This document shows positions 41,301-55,229 of a stretch of 64,000 nucleotides of DNA, one piece after another; positions within the stretch are counted from its first letter, which is position 1, and each line of letters opens with the position of its first letter. A model generated the notes under the pieces. The model worked only from the letters and a program-made list of their open reading frames with translations, had not been told where the DNA came from and made no database searches. Position numbers and translations under genes: made by a program. The stretch is from Leptogorgia sarmentosa (lineage: Eukaryota): assembly GCA_964658305.1 (NCBI GenBank), contig OZ210885.1, positions 14,198,001 through 14,262,000 on the forward strand, in the 5' to 3' direction.

Positions 41301-43050
41301 GAAGGGTGTTAGAGAAGTTGGTTAAAACATACCAAAATTTCACCACATTTAACCAACCTTGATAAATTAAATGCCACATCGTCAATGACTAAAAAAAACA
41401 AGGTTGCTTTTTTATGAAAGCTGTTAGAGAAGTTGGTTAAATTATAGCAAAATTTCACCACATTTATCAAACCTTGATAAATTAAACGCCACATCATCAA
41501 TGACTCAAAAAAACAAGGTTGCTTTTTTATGAAAGCTGTTAGAGAAGTTGGTTAAATTATAGCAAAATTTCACCACATTTAACCAACCTTGATAAATTAA
41601 ATGCCACATTGTCAATGACTCAAAAAAACAAGGTTGCTTCTTCATATATCACTGTTATGAAGGGTGTTGGAGAAGTTGGTTAAATTATAGCAAAATTTCA
41701 CGACATTTAACCAACCTTGATAAATTAAATGCCACATGGTCAATGACTCAAAAAAACAAGGTTGCTTCTTCATATATCACTGTTATGAAGGGTGTTAGAG
41801 AAGTTGGTTAAAATATACCAAAATTTCACGACATTTAACCAACCTTGATAAATTAAATGCCACATGGTCAATGACTCAAAAAAACAAGGTTGCTTCTTCA
41901 TATATCACTGTTATGAAGGGTGTTAGAGAAGTTGGTTAAAATATACCAAAATTTCACCACATTTAACCAACCTTGATAAATTAAATGCCACATCGTCAAT
42001 GACTCAAAAAAACAAGGTTGCTTGTTCATATATCACTGTTATGAAGGGTGTTAGAGAAGTTCGTTAAAATATAGCAACATTTCGCCACATTGAACCAACC
42101 TTGATAAATTAAACGCCACGTCGTCAATGGCTCAAAAAAACAAGGTTGCTTCTTCATATATCACTGTTATGAAGGGTGTTAGAGAAGTTGGTTAAATTAT
42201 AGCAAAATTTCACCACATTTAACCAACCTTAATAAATTAAACGCCACATTGTCAATGACTCAAAAAACAAGGTTGCTTCTTCATATATCACTGTTATGAA
42301 GGGTGTTGGAGAAGTTGGTTAAATTATAGCAAAATTTCACGACATTTAACCAACCTTGATAAATTAAATGCCACATGGTCAATGACTCAAAAAAACAAGG
42401 TTGCTTCTTCATATATCACTGTTATGAAGGGTGTTAGAGAAGTTGGTTAAAATATACCAAAATTTCACCACATTTAACCAACCTTGATAAATTAAATGCC
42501 ACATCGTCAATGACTCAAAAAAACAAGGTTGCTTGTTCATATATCACTGTTATGAAGGGTGTTAGAGAAGTTCGTTAAAATATAGCAACATTTCGCCACA
42601 TTGAACCAACCTTGATAAATTAAACGCCACGTCGTCAATGGCTCAAAAAAACAAGGTTGCTTCTTCATATATCACTGTTATGAAGGGTGTTAGAGAAGTT
42701 GGTTAAATTATAGCAAAATTTCACCACATTTAACCAACCTTAATAAATTAAACGCCACATTGTCAATGACTCAAAAAACAAGGTTGCTTCTTCATATATC
42801 ACTGTTATTAATGGTGTTAGAGAAGTTGGTTTAAATATAGCAAAATTTCACCACATTTAACCAACCTTGATAAATTAAACGCCACATCATCAATGACACA
42901 AAAAACAAGGTTGCTTCTTCATATATCACTGTTATGAAGGGTGTTAGAGAAGTTGGTTTAAATATAGCAAAATTTCACCACATTTAACCAACCTTGATAA
43001 ATTAAACGCCACATCATCAATGACACAAAAAACAAGGTTGCTTCTTCATA
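37093..43050 (+). repeat. 2,962/2,972-bp tandem duplication
   Basis: ORF starts 37861/40823 differ by 2962 and ORF ends 38528/41500 by 2972. The 10-bp difference is a deletion at ~38377 found only in the first copy. Confidence 0.85.
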
Positions 43051-46000
43051 TATCACTGTTATGAAGGGTGTTAGAGAAGTTGGTTAAATTATAGCAAAAT
43101 TTCACCACATTTAACCAACCTTGATAAATTAAACGCCACGTCATCAATGACTCAAAAAACAAGGTTGCTTCTTCATATATCACTGTTATTAACGGTGTTA
43201 GAGAAGTTGGTTTATAGCAAAATTTCACCACATTTAACCAACCTTGATAAATTAAACGCCACATCGTCAATGACTCAAAAAAACAAGGTTGCTTTTTTAT
43301 GAAAGGTGTTAGAGAAGTTGGTTAAATTATAGCAAAATTTCACCACATTTAACCAACCTTGATAAATTAAATGCCACATCGTCAATGACTAAAAAAAACA
43401 AGGTTGCTTTTTGATGAAAGGTGTTAGAGAAGTTGGTTAAATTATAGCAAAATTTCACCACATTTATCAAACCTTGATAAATTAAACGCCACATTGTCAA
43501 TGACTAAAAAAACAAGGTTGCTTCTTCATATATCACTGTCATTAACGGTGTTAGAGAAGTTGGTTTATAGCAAAATTTCACCACATTTAACCAACCTTGA
43601 TAAATTAAACGCCACATCATCAATGACTCAAAAAAACAAGGTTGCTTTTTTATGAAGGGTGTTAGAGAATTTGGGTAAATTATAGCAAAATTTCACCACA
43701 TTTATCCAACCTTGATAAATTAAACGCCACATTGTCAATGACTCAAAAAACAAGGTTGCTTCTTCATATATCACTGTTATTAACAGTGTTAGAGAAGTTG
43801 GTTTAAATATAGCAAAATTTCACCACATTTAACCAACCTTGATAAATTAAACGCCACATTGTCAATGACTCAAAAAAACAAGGTTGCTTCTTCATATATC
43901 ACTGTTATGAAGGGTGTTGGAGAAGTTGGTTAAATTATAGCAAAATTTCACCACATTAAACCAACCTTGATAAATTAAACGCCACATCATCAATGACTCA
44001 AAAAAACAAGGTTGCTTTTTCATGAAGGGTGTTAGAGAAGTTGGTTAAATTATAGCAAAATTTCATCACATTTAACCAACCTTGATAAATTAAACGCCAC
44101 ATTGTGAATGACTCAAAAAAACAAGGTTGCTTCTTCATATATCACTGTTATGAAGGGTGTTAGAGAAGTTGGTTTAAATAAAGCAACATTTCACCACATT
44201 TAACCAACCTTGATAAATTAAACGCCACATTGTCAATGACTAAAAAAACAAGGTTGCTTCTTCATATATCACTGTTATGAAGGGTGTTGGAGAAGTTGGT
44301 TAAATTATAGCAAAATTTCACCACATTTAACCAATCTTGATAAATTAAATGCCACATGGTCAATGACTCAAAAAAACAAGGTTGCTTCTTCATATATCAC
44401 TGTTATGAAGGGTGTTAGAGAAGTTGATTAAAATATACCAAAATTTCACCACATTTAACCAACCTTGATAAATTAAATGCCACATCGTCAATGACTCAAA
44501 AAAACAAGGTTGCTTGTTCATATATCACTGTTGTGAAGGGTGTTGGAGAAGTTCGTTAAAATATAGCAACATTTCGCCACATTGAACCAACCTTGATAAA
44601 TTAAACGCCACGTCGTCAATGGCTCAAAAAAACAAGGTTGCTTCTTCATATATCACTGTTATGAAGGGTGTTAGAGAAGTTGGTTTATAGCAAAATTTCA
44701 CCACATTTAACCAACCTTGATAAATTAAACGCCACATCATCAATGACTCAAAAAAACAAGGTTGCTTTTTTATGAAAGGTGTTAGAGAAGTTGGTTAAAT
44801 TATAGCAAAATTTCACCACATTTATCCAACCTTGATAAATTAAACGCCACTTTGTCAATGACTCAAAAAACAAGGTTGCTTCTTCATATATCACTGTTAT
44901 TAACAGTGTTAGAGAAGTTGGTTTAAATATAGCAAAATTTCACCACATTTAACCAACCTTGATAAATTAAACGCCACATTGTCAATGACTCAAAAAAACA
45001 AGGTTGCTTCTTCATATATCACTGTTATGAAGGGTGTTGGAGAAGTTGGTTAAATTATAGCAAAATTTCACCACATTTAAGCAACCTTGATAAATTAAAC
45101 GCCACATCGTGAATGACTAAAAAAAACAAGGTTGCTTCTTCATATATCACTGTTATGAAGGGTGTTAGAGAAGTTGATTTAAATATAGCAAAATTTCACC
45201 ACATTTAACCAACCTTGATAAATTAAATGCCACATCGTCAATGACTAAAAAAAACAAGGTTGCTTTTTGATGAAAGGTGTTAGAGAAGTTGGTTAAATTA
45301 TAGCAAAATTTCACCACATTTATCAAACCTTGATAAATTAAACGCCACATTGTCAATGACTCAAAAAACAAGGTTGCTTCTTCATATATCACTGTTATTA
45401 ATGGTGTTAGAGAAGTTGGTTTATAGCAAAATTTCACCACATTTAACCAACCTTGATAAATTAAACGCCACATCATCAATGACTCAAAAAAACAAGGTTG
45501 CTTTTTTATGAAGGGTGTTAGAGAATTTGGGTAAATTATAGCAAAATTTCACCACATTTATCCAACCTTGATAAATTAAACGCCACATTGTCAATGACTC
45601 AAAAAACAAGGTTGCTTCTTCATATATCACTGTTATTAACAGTGTTAGAGAAGTTGGTTTAAATATAGCAAAATTTCACCACATTTAACCAACCTTGATA
45701 AATTAAACGCCACATTGTCAATGACTCAAAAAAAACAAGGTTGCTTCTTCATATATCACTGTTATGAAGGGTGTTGGAGAAGTTGGTTAAATGATAGCAA
45801 AATTTCACCACATTTAACCAACCTTGATAAATTAAACGCCACACTGTGAATGACTAAAAAAAACAAGGTTGCTTCTTCATATATCACTGTTATGAAGGGT
45901 GTTAGAGAAGTTGGTTTAAATATAGCAAAATTTCACCACATTTATCCAACCTTGATAAATTAAACGGCACATTGTCAATGACTCAAAAAACAAGGTTGCT

Positions 46001-47135
46001 TCTTCATATATCACTGTTATGAAGGGTGTTGGAGAAGTTGGTTAAATTATAGCAAAATTTCACCACATTCATCAAACCTTGATAAATTAAATGCCACATT
46101 GTCAATGACTCAAAAAACAAGGTTCCTTCTTCATATATCACTGTTATTAACAGTGTTAGAGTAGTTGGTTTATAGCAAAATTTCACCACATTTAACCAAC
46201 CTTGATAAATTAAACGCCACATCATCAATGACTCAAAAAAACAAGGTTGCTTTTTTATGAAGGGTGTTAGAGAATTTGGGTAAATTATAGCAAAATTTCA
46301 CCACATTTAACCAACCTTGATAAATTAAACGCCACATCATCAATGACTCAAAAAAACAAGGTTGCTTTTTTATGAAGGGTGTTAGAGAATTTGGGTAAAT
46401 TATAGCAAAATTTCACCACATTTATCCAACCTTCATAAATTAAACGCCACTTTGTCAATGACTCAAAAAACAAGGTTGCTTCTTCATATATCACTGTTAT
46501 TAACGGTGTTAGACAAGTTGATTTAAATATAGCAAAATTTCACCACATTTAACCAACCTTGATAAATTAAACGCCACATCATCAATGACTCAAAAAAACA
46601 AGGTTGCTTTTTTATGAAGGGTGTTAGAGAATTTGGGTAAATTATAGCAAAATTTCACCACATTTATCCAACCTTGATAAATTAAAGGCCACATTGTCAA
46701 TGACTCAAAAAACAAGGTTGCTTCTTCACATATCACTGTTACTAACGGTGTTAGAGAAGTTGGTTTATAGCAAAATATCACCACAGTTAACCAACCTTAA
46801 TCAATTAAACGCCATATCATCAATGACTAAAAAAAACAAGGTTGCTTCTTCATATAACACTGTTATGAAGGGTGTTAGAGAAGTTGGTTAAATTATAGCA
46901 AAATTTCACCACATTTAACCAACCTTGATAAATTAAACGCCACACTGTGAATGACTAAAAAAAACAAGGTTGCTTCTTCATATATCACTGTTATGAAGGG
47001 TGTTAGAGAAGTTGGTTTAAATATAGCAAAATTTCACCACATTTAACCACCCTTGATCAATTAAACGCCACATTGTCAATGACTCAAAAAAACAAGGTTG
47101 CTTTTTTATGAAGGGTGTTAGAGAAGTTGGTTAAA

Positions 47136-47841
47136 TTATAGCATAATTTCACCACATTTAACCAACCTTGATAAATTAAATGCCACATCGTCAATGACTA
47201 AAAAAAACAAGGTTGCTTTTTTATGAAAGGTGTTAGAGAAGTTGGTTAAATTATAGCAAAATTTCACCACATTTATCAAACCTTGATAAATTAAATGCCA
47301 CATTGTCAATGACTCAAAAAACAAGGTTGCTTCTTCATATATCACTGTTATTAACAGTGTTAGAGTAGTTGGTTTATAGCAAAATTTCACCACATTTAAC
47401 CAACCTTGATAAATTAAACGCCACATCATCAATGACTCAAAAAAACAAGGTTGCTTTTTTATGAAGGGTGTTAGAGAAGTTGGGTAAATTATAGCAAAAT
47501 TTCACCACATTTAACCAACCTTGATAAATTAAATGCCACATCGTCAATGACTAAAAAAAACAAGGTTGCTTTTTTATGAAAGGTGTTAGAGAAGTTGGTT
47601 AAATTATAGCAAAATTTCACCACATTTATCAAACCTTGATAAATTAAATGCCACATTGTCAATGACTCAAAAAACAAGGTTGCTTCTTCATATATCACTG
47701 TTATTAACAGTGTTAGAGTAGTTGGTTTATAGCAAAATTTCACCACATTTAACCAACCTTGATAAATTAAACGCCACATCATCAATGACTCAAAAAAACA
47801 AGGTTGCTTTTTTATGAAGGGTGTTAGAGAATTTGGGTAAA
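47136..47841 (+). repeat. 353-bp 3-monomer HOR (115+115+123), tandem pair; also near 51.9, 54.9, 58.2 and 62.6 kb
   Basis: ORF pairs 353 bp apart: 47136/47489, 51889/52242, 54932/55285, and ORF ends 58498/58851 and 62848/63201. Marker TAACAGTGTTAGAGTAGTTGGTTTATAGC. Confidence 0.85.
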
Positions 47842-48259
47842 TTATAGCAAAATTTCACCACATTTATCCAACCTTGATAAATTAAACGCCACTTTGTCAA
47901 TGACTCAAAAACCAAGGTTGCTTCTTCATATATCACTGTTATTAACAGTGGTAGAGAAGTTGGTTTATAGCAAAATATCACCACATTTAACCAACCTTAA
48001 TCAATTAAACGCCACATCATCAATGACTAAAAAAAACAAGGTTGCTTCTTCATATAACACTGTTATGAAGGGTGTTAGAGAAGTTGGTTAAATTATAGCA
48101 AAATTTCACCACATTTAACCAACCTTGATAAATTAAACGCCACATCGTCAATGACTCAAAAAAACAAGGTTGCTTTTTTATGAAGGGTGTTAGAGAATTT
48201 GGGTAAATTATAGCAAAATTTCACCACATTTATCCAACCTTGATAAATTAAACGCCACA

Positions 48260-49480
48260 TTGTCAATGACTCAAAAAACAAGGTTGCTTCTTCATATATC
48301 ACTGTTATGAAGGGTGTTAGAGAAGTTGGTTTAAATAAAGCAACATTTCACCACATTTAACCAACCTTGATAAATTAAACGCCACATTGTCAATGACTCA
48401 AAAAAACAAGGTTACTTCTTCATATAACACTGTTATGAAGGGTGTTAGAGAAGTTGGTTAAATTATAGCAAAATTTCACCACATTTAACCAACCTTGATA
48501 AATTAAACGGCACACTGTGAATGACTAAAAAAAACAAGGTTGCTTCTTCATATATCACTGTTATGAAGGGTGTTAGAGTAGTTGGTTTATAGCAAAATTT
48601 CACCACATTTAACCAACCTTGATAAATTAAACGCCACATCATCAATGACTCAAAAAAACTAGGTTGCTTTATTATGAAGGGTGTTAGAGAATTTGGGTAA
48701 ATTATAGCAAAATTTCACCACATTTATCCAACCTTGATAAATTAAACGCCACTTTGTCAATGACTCAAAAAACAAGGTTGCTTCTTCATATATCACTGTT
48801 ATTAACAGTGTTAGAGAAGTTGGTTTAAATATAGCAAAATTTCACCACATTTATCAAACCTTGATAAATTAAATGCCACATTGTCAATGACTAAAAAAAA
48901 CAAGGTTGCTTTTTTATGAAAGGTGTTAGAGAAGTTGGTTAAATTATAGCAAAATTTCACCACATTTATCAAACCTTGATAAATTAAATGCCACATTGTC
49001 AATGACTCAAAAAACAAGGTTGCTTCTTCATATATCACTGTTATGAAGGGTGTTAGAGAAGTTGGTTTAAATAAAGCAACATTTCACCACATTTAACCAA
49101 CCTTGATAAATTAAACGCCACATTGTCAATGACTCAAAAAAACAAGGTTACTTCTTCATATAACACTGTTATGAAGGGTGTTAGAGAAGTTGGTTAAATT
49201 ATAGCAAAATTTCACCACATTTAACCAACCTTGATAAATTAAACGGCACACTGTGAATGACTAAAAAAAACAAGGTTGCTTCTTCATATATCACTGTTAT
49301 GAAGGGTGTTAGAGTAGTTGGTTTATAGCAAAATTTCACCACATTTAACCAACCTTCATAAATTAAACGCCACATCATCAATGACTCAAAAAAACTAGGT
49401 TGCTTTATTATGAAGGGTGTTAGAGAATTTGGGTAAATTATAGCAAAATTTCACCACATTTATCCAACCTTGATAAATTA
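48260..49480 (+). repeat. 736-bp 6-monomer HOR, tandem; also at 53.0-54.4 kb
   Basis: ORF pairs 48463/49199 and 53216/53952 (offset 736). Markers ACGGCACACTGTG and AAAACTAGGTTGCTTTATT. Confidence 0.82.
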
Positions 49481-52400
49481 AACGCCACATCATCAATGAC
49501 TCAAAAAAACAAGGTTGCTTTTTTATGAAAGGTGTTAGAGAAGTTGGTTAAATTATAGCAAAATTTCACCACATTTATCCAACCTTGATAAATTAAACGC
49601 CACTTTGTCAATGACTCAAAAAACAAGGTTGCTTCTTCATATATCACTGTTATTAACAGTGTTAGAGAAGTTGGTTTAAATATAGCAAAATTTCACCACA
49701 TTTAACCAACCTTGATAAATTAAACGCCACATTGTCAATGACTCAAAAAAACAAGGTTGCTTCTTCATATATCACTGTTATGAAGGGTGTTGGAGAAGTT
49801 GGTTAAATTATAGCAAAATTTCACCACATTTAAGCAACCTTGATAAATTAAACGCCACATCGTGAATGACTAAAAAAAACAAGGTTGCTTCTTCATATAT
49901 CACTGTTATGAAGGGTGTTAGAGAAGTTGATTTAAATATAGCAAAATTTCACCACATTTAACCAACCTTGATAAATTAAATGCCACATCGTCAATGACTA
50001 AAAAAAACAAGGTTGCTTTTTGATGAAAGGTGTTAGAGAAGTTGGTTAAATTATAGCAAAATTTCACCACATTTATCAAACCTTGATAAATTAAACGCCA
50101 CATTGTCAATGACTCAAAAAACAAGGTTGCTTCTTCATATATCACTGTTATTAATGGTGTTAGAGAAGTTGGTTTATAGCAAAATTTCACCACATTTAAC
50201 CAACCTTGATAAATTAAACGCCACATCATCAATGACTCAAAAAAACAAGGTTGCTTTTTTATGAAGGGTGTTAGAGAATTTGGGTAAATTATAGCAAAAT
50301 TTCACCACATTTATCCAACCTTGATAAATTAAACGCCACATTGTCAATGACTCAAAAAACAAGGTTGCTTCTTCATATATCACTGTTATTAACAGTGTTA
50401 GAGAAGTTGGTTTAAATATAGCAAAATTTCACCACATTTAACCAACCTTGATAAATTAAACGCCACATTGTCAATGACTCAAAAAAAACAAGGTTGCTTC
50501 TTCATATATCACTGTTATGAAGGGTGTTGGAGAAGTTGGTTAAATGATAGCAAAATTTCACCACATTTAACCAACCTTGATAAATTAAACGCCACACTGT
50601 GAATGACTAAAAAAAACAAGGTTGCTTCTTCATATATCACTGTTATGAAGGGTGTTAGAGAAGTTGGTTTAAATATAGCAAAATTTCACCACATTTATCC
50701 AACCTTGATAAATTAAACGGCACATTGTCAATGACTCAAAAAACAAGGTTGCTTCTTCATATATCACTGTTATGAAGGGTGTTGGAGAAGTTGGTTAAAT
50801 TATAGCAAAATTTCACCACATTCATCAAACCTTGATAAATTAAATGCCACATTGTCAATGACTCAAAAAACAAGGTTCCTTCTTCATATATCACTGTTAT
50901 TAACAGTGTTAGAGTAGTTGGTTTATAGCAAAATTTCACCACATTTAACCAACCTTGATAAATTAAACGCCACATCATCAATGACTCAAAAAAACAAGGT
51001 TGCTTTTTTATGAAGGGTGTTAGAGAATTTGGGTAAATTATAGCAAAATTTCACCACATTTAACCAACCTTGATAAATTAAACGCCACATCATCAATGAC
51101 TCAAAAAAACAAGGTTGCTTTTTTATGAAGGGTGTTAGAGAATTTGGGTAAATTATAGCAAAATTTCACCACATTTATCCAACCTTCATAAATTAAACGC
51201 CACTTTGTCAATGACTCAAAAAACAAGGTTGCTTCTTCATATATCACTGTTATTAACGGTGTTAGACAAGTTGATTTAAATATAGCAAAATTTCACCACA
51301 TTTAACCAACCTTGATAAATTAAACGCCACATCATCAATGACTCAAAAAAACAAGGTTGCTTTTTTATGAAGGGTGTTAGAGAATTTGGGTAAATTATAG
51401 CAAAATTTCACCACATTTATCCAACCTTGATAAATTAAAGGCCACATTGTCAATGACTCAAAAAACAAGGTTGCTTCTTCACATATCACTGTTACTAACG
51501 GTGTTAGAGAAGTTGGTTTATAGCAAAATATCACCACAGTTAACCAACCTTAATCAATTAAACGCCATATCATCAATGACTAAAAAAAACAAGGTTGCTT
51601 CTTCATATAACACTGTTATGAAGGGTGTTAGAGAAGTTGGTTAAATTATAGCAAAATTTCACCACATTTAACCAACCTTGATAAATTAAACGCCACACTG
51701 TGAATGACTAAAAAAAACAAGGTTGCTTCTTCATATATCACTGTTATGAAGGGTGTTAGAGAAGTTGGTTTAAATATAGCAAAATTTCACCACATTTAAC
51801 CACCCTTGATCAATTAAACGCCACATTGTCAATGACTCAAAAAAACAAGGTTGCTTTTTTATGAAGGGTGTTAGAGAAGTTGGTTAAATTATAGCATAAT
51901 TTCACCACATTTAACCAACCTTGATAAATTAAATGCCACATCGTCAATGACTAAAAAAAACAAGGTTGCTTTTTTATGAAAGGTGTTAGAGAAGTTGGTT
52001 AAATTATAGCAAAATTTCACCACATTTATCAAACCTTGATAAATTAAATGCCACATTGTCAATGACTCAAAAAACAAGGTTGCTTCTTCATATATCACTG
52101 TTATTAACAGTGTTAGAGTAGTTGGTTTATAGCAAAATTTCACCACATTTAACCAACCTTGATAAATTAAACGCCACATCATCAATGACTCAAAAAAACA
52201 AGGTTGCTTTTTTATGAAGGGTGTTAGAGAAGTTGGGTAAATTATAGCAAAATTTCACCACATTTAACCAACCTTGATAAATTAAATGCCACATCGTCAA
52301 TGACTAAAAAAAACAAGGTTGCTTTTTTATGAAAGGTGTTAGAGAAGTTGGTTAAATTATAGCAAAATTTCACCACATTTATCAAACCTTGATAAATTAA

Positions 52401-55229
52401 ATGCCACATTGTCAATGACTCAAAAAACAAGGTTGCTTCTTCATATATCACTGTTATTAACAGTGTTAGAGTAGTTGGTTTATAGCAAAATTTCACCACA
52501 TTTAACCAACCTTGATAAATTAAACGCCACATCATCAATGACTCAAAAAAACAAGGTTGCTTTTTTATGAAGGGTGTTAGAGAATTTGGGTAAATTATAG
52601 CAAAATTTCACCACATTTATCCAACCTTGATAAATTAAACGCCACTTTGTCAATGACTCAAAAACCAAGGTTGCTTCTTCATATATCACTGTTATTAACA
52701 GTGGTAGAGAAGTTGGTTTATAGCAAAATATCACCACATTTAACCAACCTTAATCAATTAAACGCCACATCATCAATGACTAAAAAAAACAAGGTTGCTT
52801 CTTCATATAACACTGTTATGAAGGGTGTTAGAGAAGTTGGTTAAATTATAGCAAAATTTCACCACATTTAACCAACCTTGATAAATTAAACGCCACATCG
52901 TCAATGACTCAAAAAAACAAGGTTGCTTTTTTATGAAGGGTGTTAGAGAATTTGGGTAAATTATAGCAAAATTTCACCACATTTATCCAACCTTGATAAA
53001 TTAAACGCCACATTGTCAATGACTCAAAAAACAAGGTTGCTTCTTCATATATCACTGTTATGAAGGGTGTTAGAGAAGTTGGTTTAAATAAAGCAACATT
53101 TCACCACATTTAACCAACCTTGATAAATTAAACGCCACATTGTCAATGACTCAAAAAAACAAGGTTACTTCTTCATATAACACTGTTATGAAGGGTGTTA
53201 GAGAAGTTGGTTAAATTATAGCAAAATTTCACCACATTTAACCAACCTTGATAAATTAAACGGCACACTGTGAATGACTAAAAAAAACAAGGTTGCTTCT
53301 TCATATATCACTGTTATGAAGGGTGTTAGAGTAGTTGGTTTATAGCAAAATTTCACCACATTTAACCAACCTTGATAAATTAAACGCCACATCATCAATG
53401 ACTCAAAAAAACTAGGTTGCTTTATTATGAAGGGTGTTAGAGAATTTGGGTAAATTATAGCAAAATTTCACCACATTTATCCAACCTTGATAAATTAAAC
53501 GCCACTTTGTCAATGACTCAAAAAACAAGGTTGCTTCTTCATATATCACTGTTATTAACAGTGTTAGAGAAGTTGGTTTAAATATAGCAAAATTTCACCA
53601 CATTTATCAAACCTTGATAAATTAAATGCCACATTGTCAATGACTAAAAAAAACAAGGTTGCTTTTTTATGAAAGGTGTTAGAGAAGTTGGTTAAATTAT
53701 AGCAAAATTTCACCACATTTATCAAACCTTGATAAATTAAATGCCACATTGTCAATGACTCAAAAAACAAGGTTGCTTCTTCATATATCACTGTTATGAA
53801 GGGTGTTAGAGAAGTTGGTTTAAATAAAGCAACATTTCACCACATTTAACCAACCTTGATAAATTAAACGCCACATTGTCAATGACTCAAAAAAACAAGG
53901 TTACTTCTTCATATAACACTGTTATGAAGGGTGTTAGAGAAGTTGGTTAAATTATAGCAAAATTTCACCACATTTAACCAACCTTGATAAATTAAACGGC
54001 ACACTGTGAATGACTAAAAAAAACAAGGTTGCTTCTTCATATATCACTGTTATGAAGGGTGTTAGAGTAGTTGGTTTATAGCAAAATTTCACCACATTTA
54101 ACCAACCTTGATAAATTAAACGCCACATCATCAATGACTCAAAAAAACTAGGTTGCTTTATTATGAAGGGTGTTAGAGAATTTGGGTAAATTATAGCAAA
54201 ATTTCACCACATTTATCCAACCTTGATAAATTAAACGCCACTTTGTCAATGACTCAAAAAACAAGGTTGCTTCTTCATATATCACTGTTATTAACAGTGT
54301 TAGAGAAGTTGGTTTAAATATAGCAAAATTTCACCACATTTATCAAACCTTGATAAATTAAATGCCACATTGTCAATGACTAAAAAAAACAAGGTTGCTT
54401 TTTTATGAAGGGTGTTAGAGAAGTTGGTTAAATTATAGCAAAATTTCACCACATTTAACCAACCTTGATAAATTAAATGCCACATTGTCAATGACTCAAA
54501 AAAACAAGGTTGCTTCTTTATATATCACTGTTATGAAGGGTGTTGGAGAAGTTGGTTAAATTATAGCAAAATTTCACCACATTTAACCAACCTTGATAAA
54601 TTAAACGCCACATCGTGAATGACTAAAAAAAACAAGGTTGTTTCTTCATATATCACTGTTATGAAGGGTGTTAGAGAAGTTGGTTTAAATATAGCAAAAT
54701 TTCACCACATTTAACCAACCTTGATAAATTAAACGCCACATTGTCAATCACTAAAAAAAACAAGGTTGCTTCTTCATATATCACTGTTATGAAGGGTGTT
54801 AGAGAAGTTGGTTTAAATATAGCAAAATTTCACCACATTTAACCACCCTTGATCAATTAAACGCCACATTGTCAATGACTCAAAAAAACAAGGTTGCTTT
54901 TTTATGAAGGGTGTTAGAGAAGTTGGTTAAATTATAGCAAAATTTCACCACATTTAACCAACCTTGATAAATTAAATGCCACATCGTCAATGACTAAAAA
55001 AAACAAGGTTGCTTTTTTATGAAAGGTGTTAGAGAAGTTGGTTAAATTATAGCAAAATTTCACCACATTTATCAAACCTTGATAAATTAAATGCCACATT
55101 GTCAATGACTCAAAAAACAAGGTTGCTTCTTCATATATCACTGTTATTAACAGTGTTAGAGTAGTTGGTTTATAGCAAAATTTCACCACATTTAACCAAC
55201 CTTGATAAATTAAACGCCACATCATCAAT

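Larger units (their letters stand above)
44711..54241 (+). repeat. 4,753-bp tandem duplication (~39 monomers), two copies
   Basis: Every ORF from 45165 to 49381 recurs at +4753 (49918-54134). The translations are identical except for one residue in 49199 vs 53952. Confidence 0.92.
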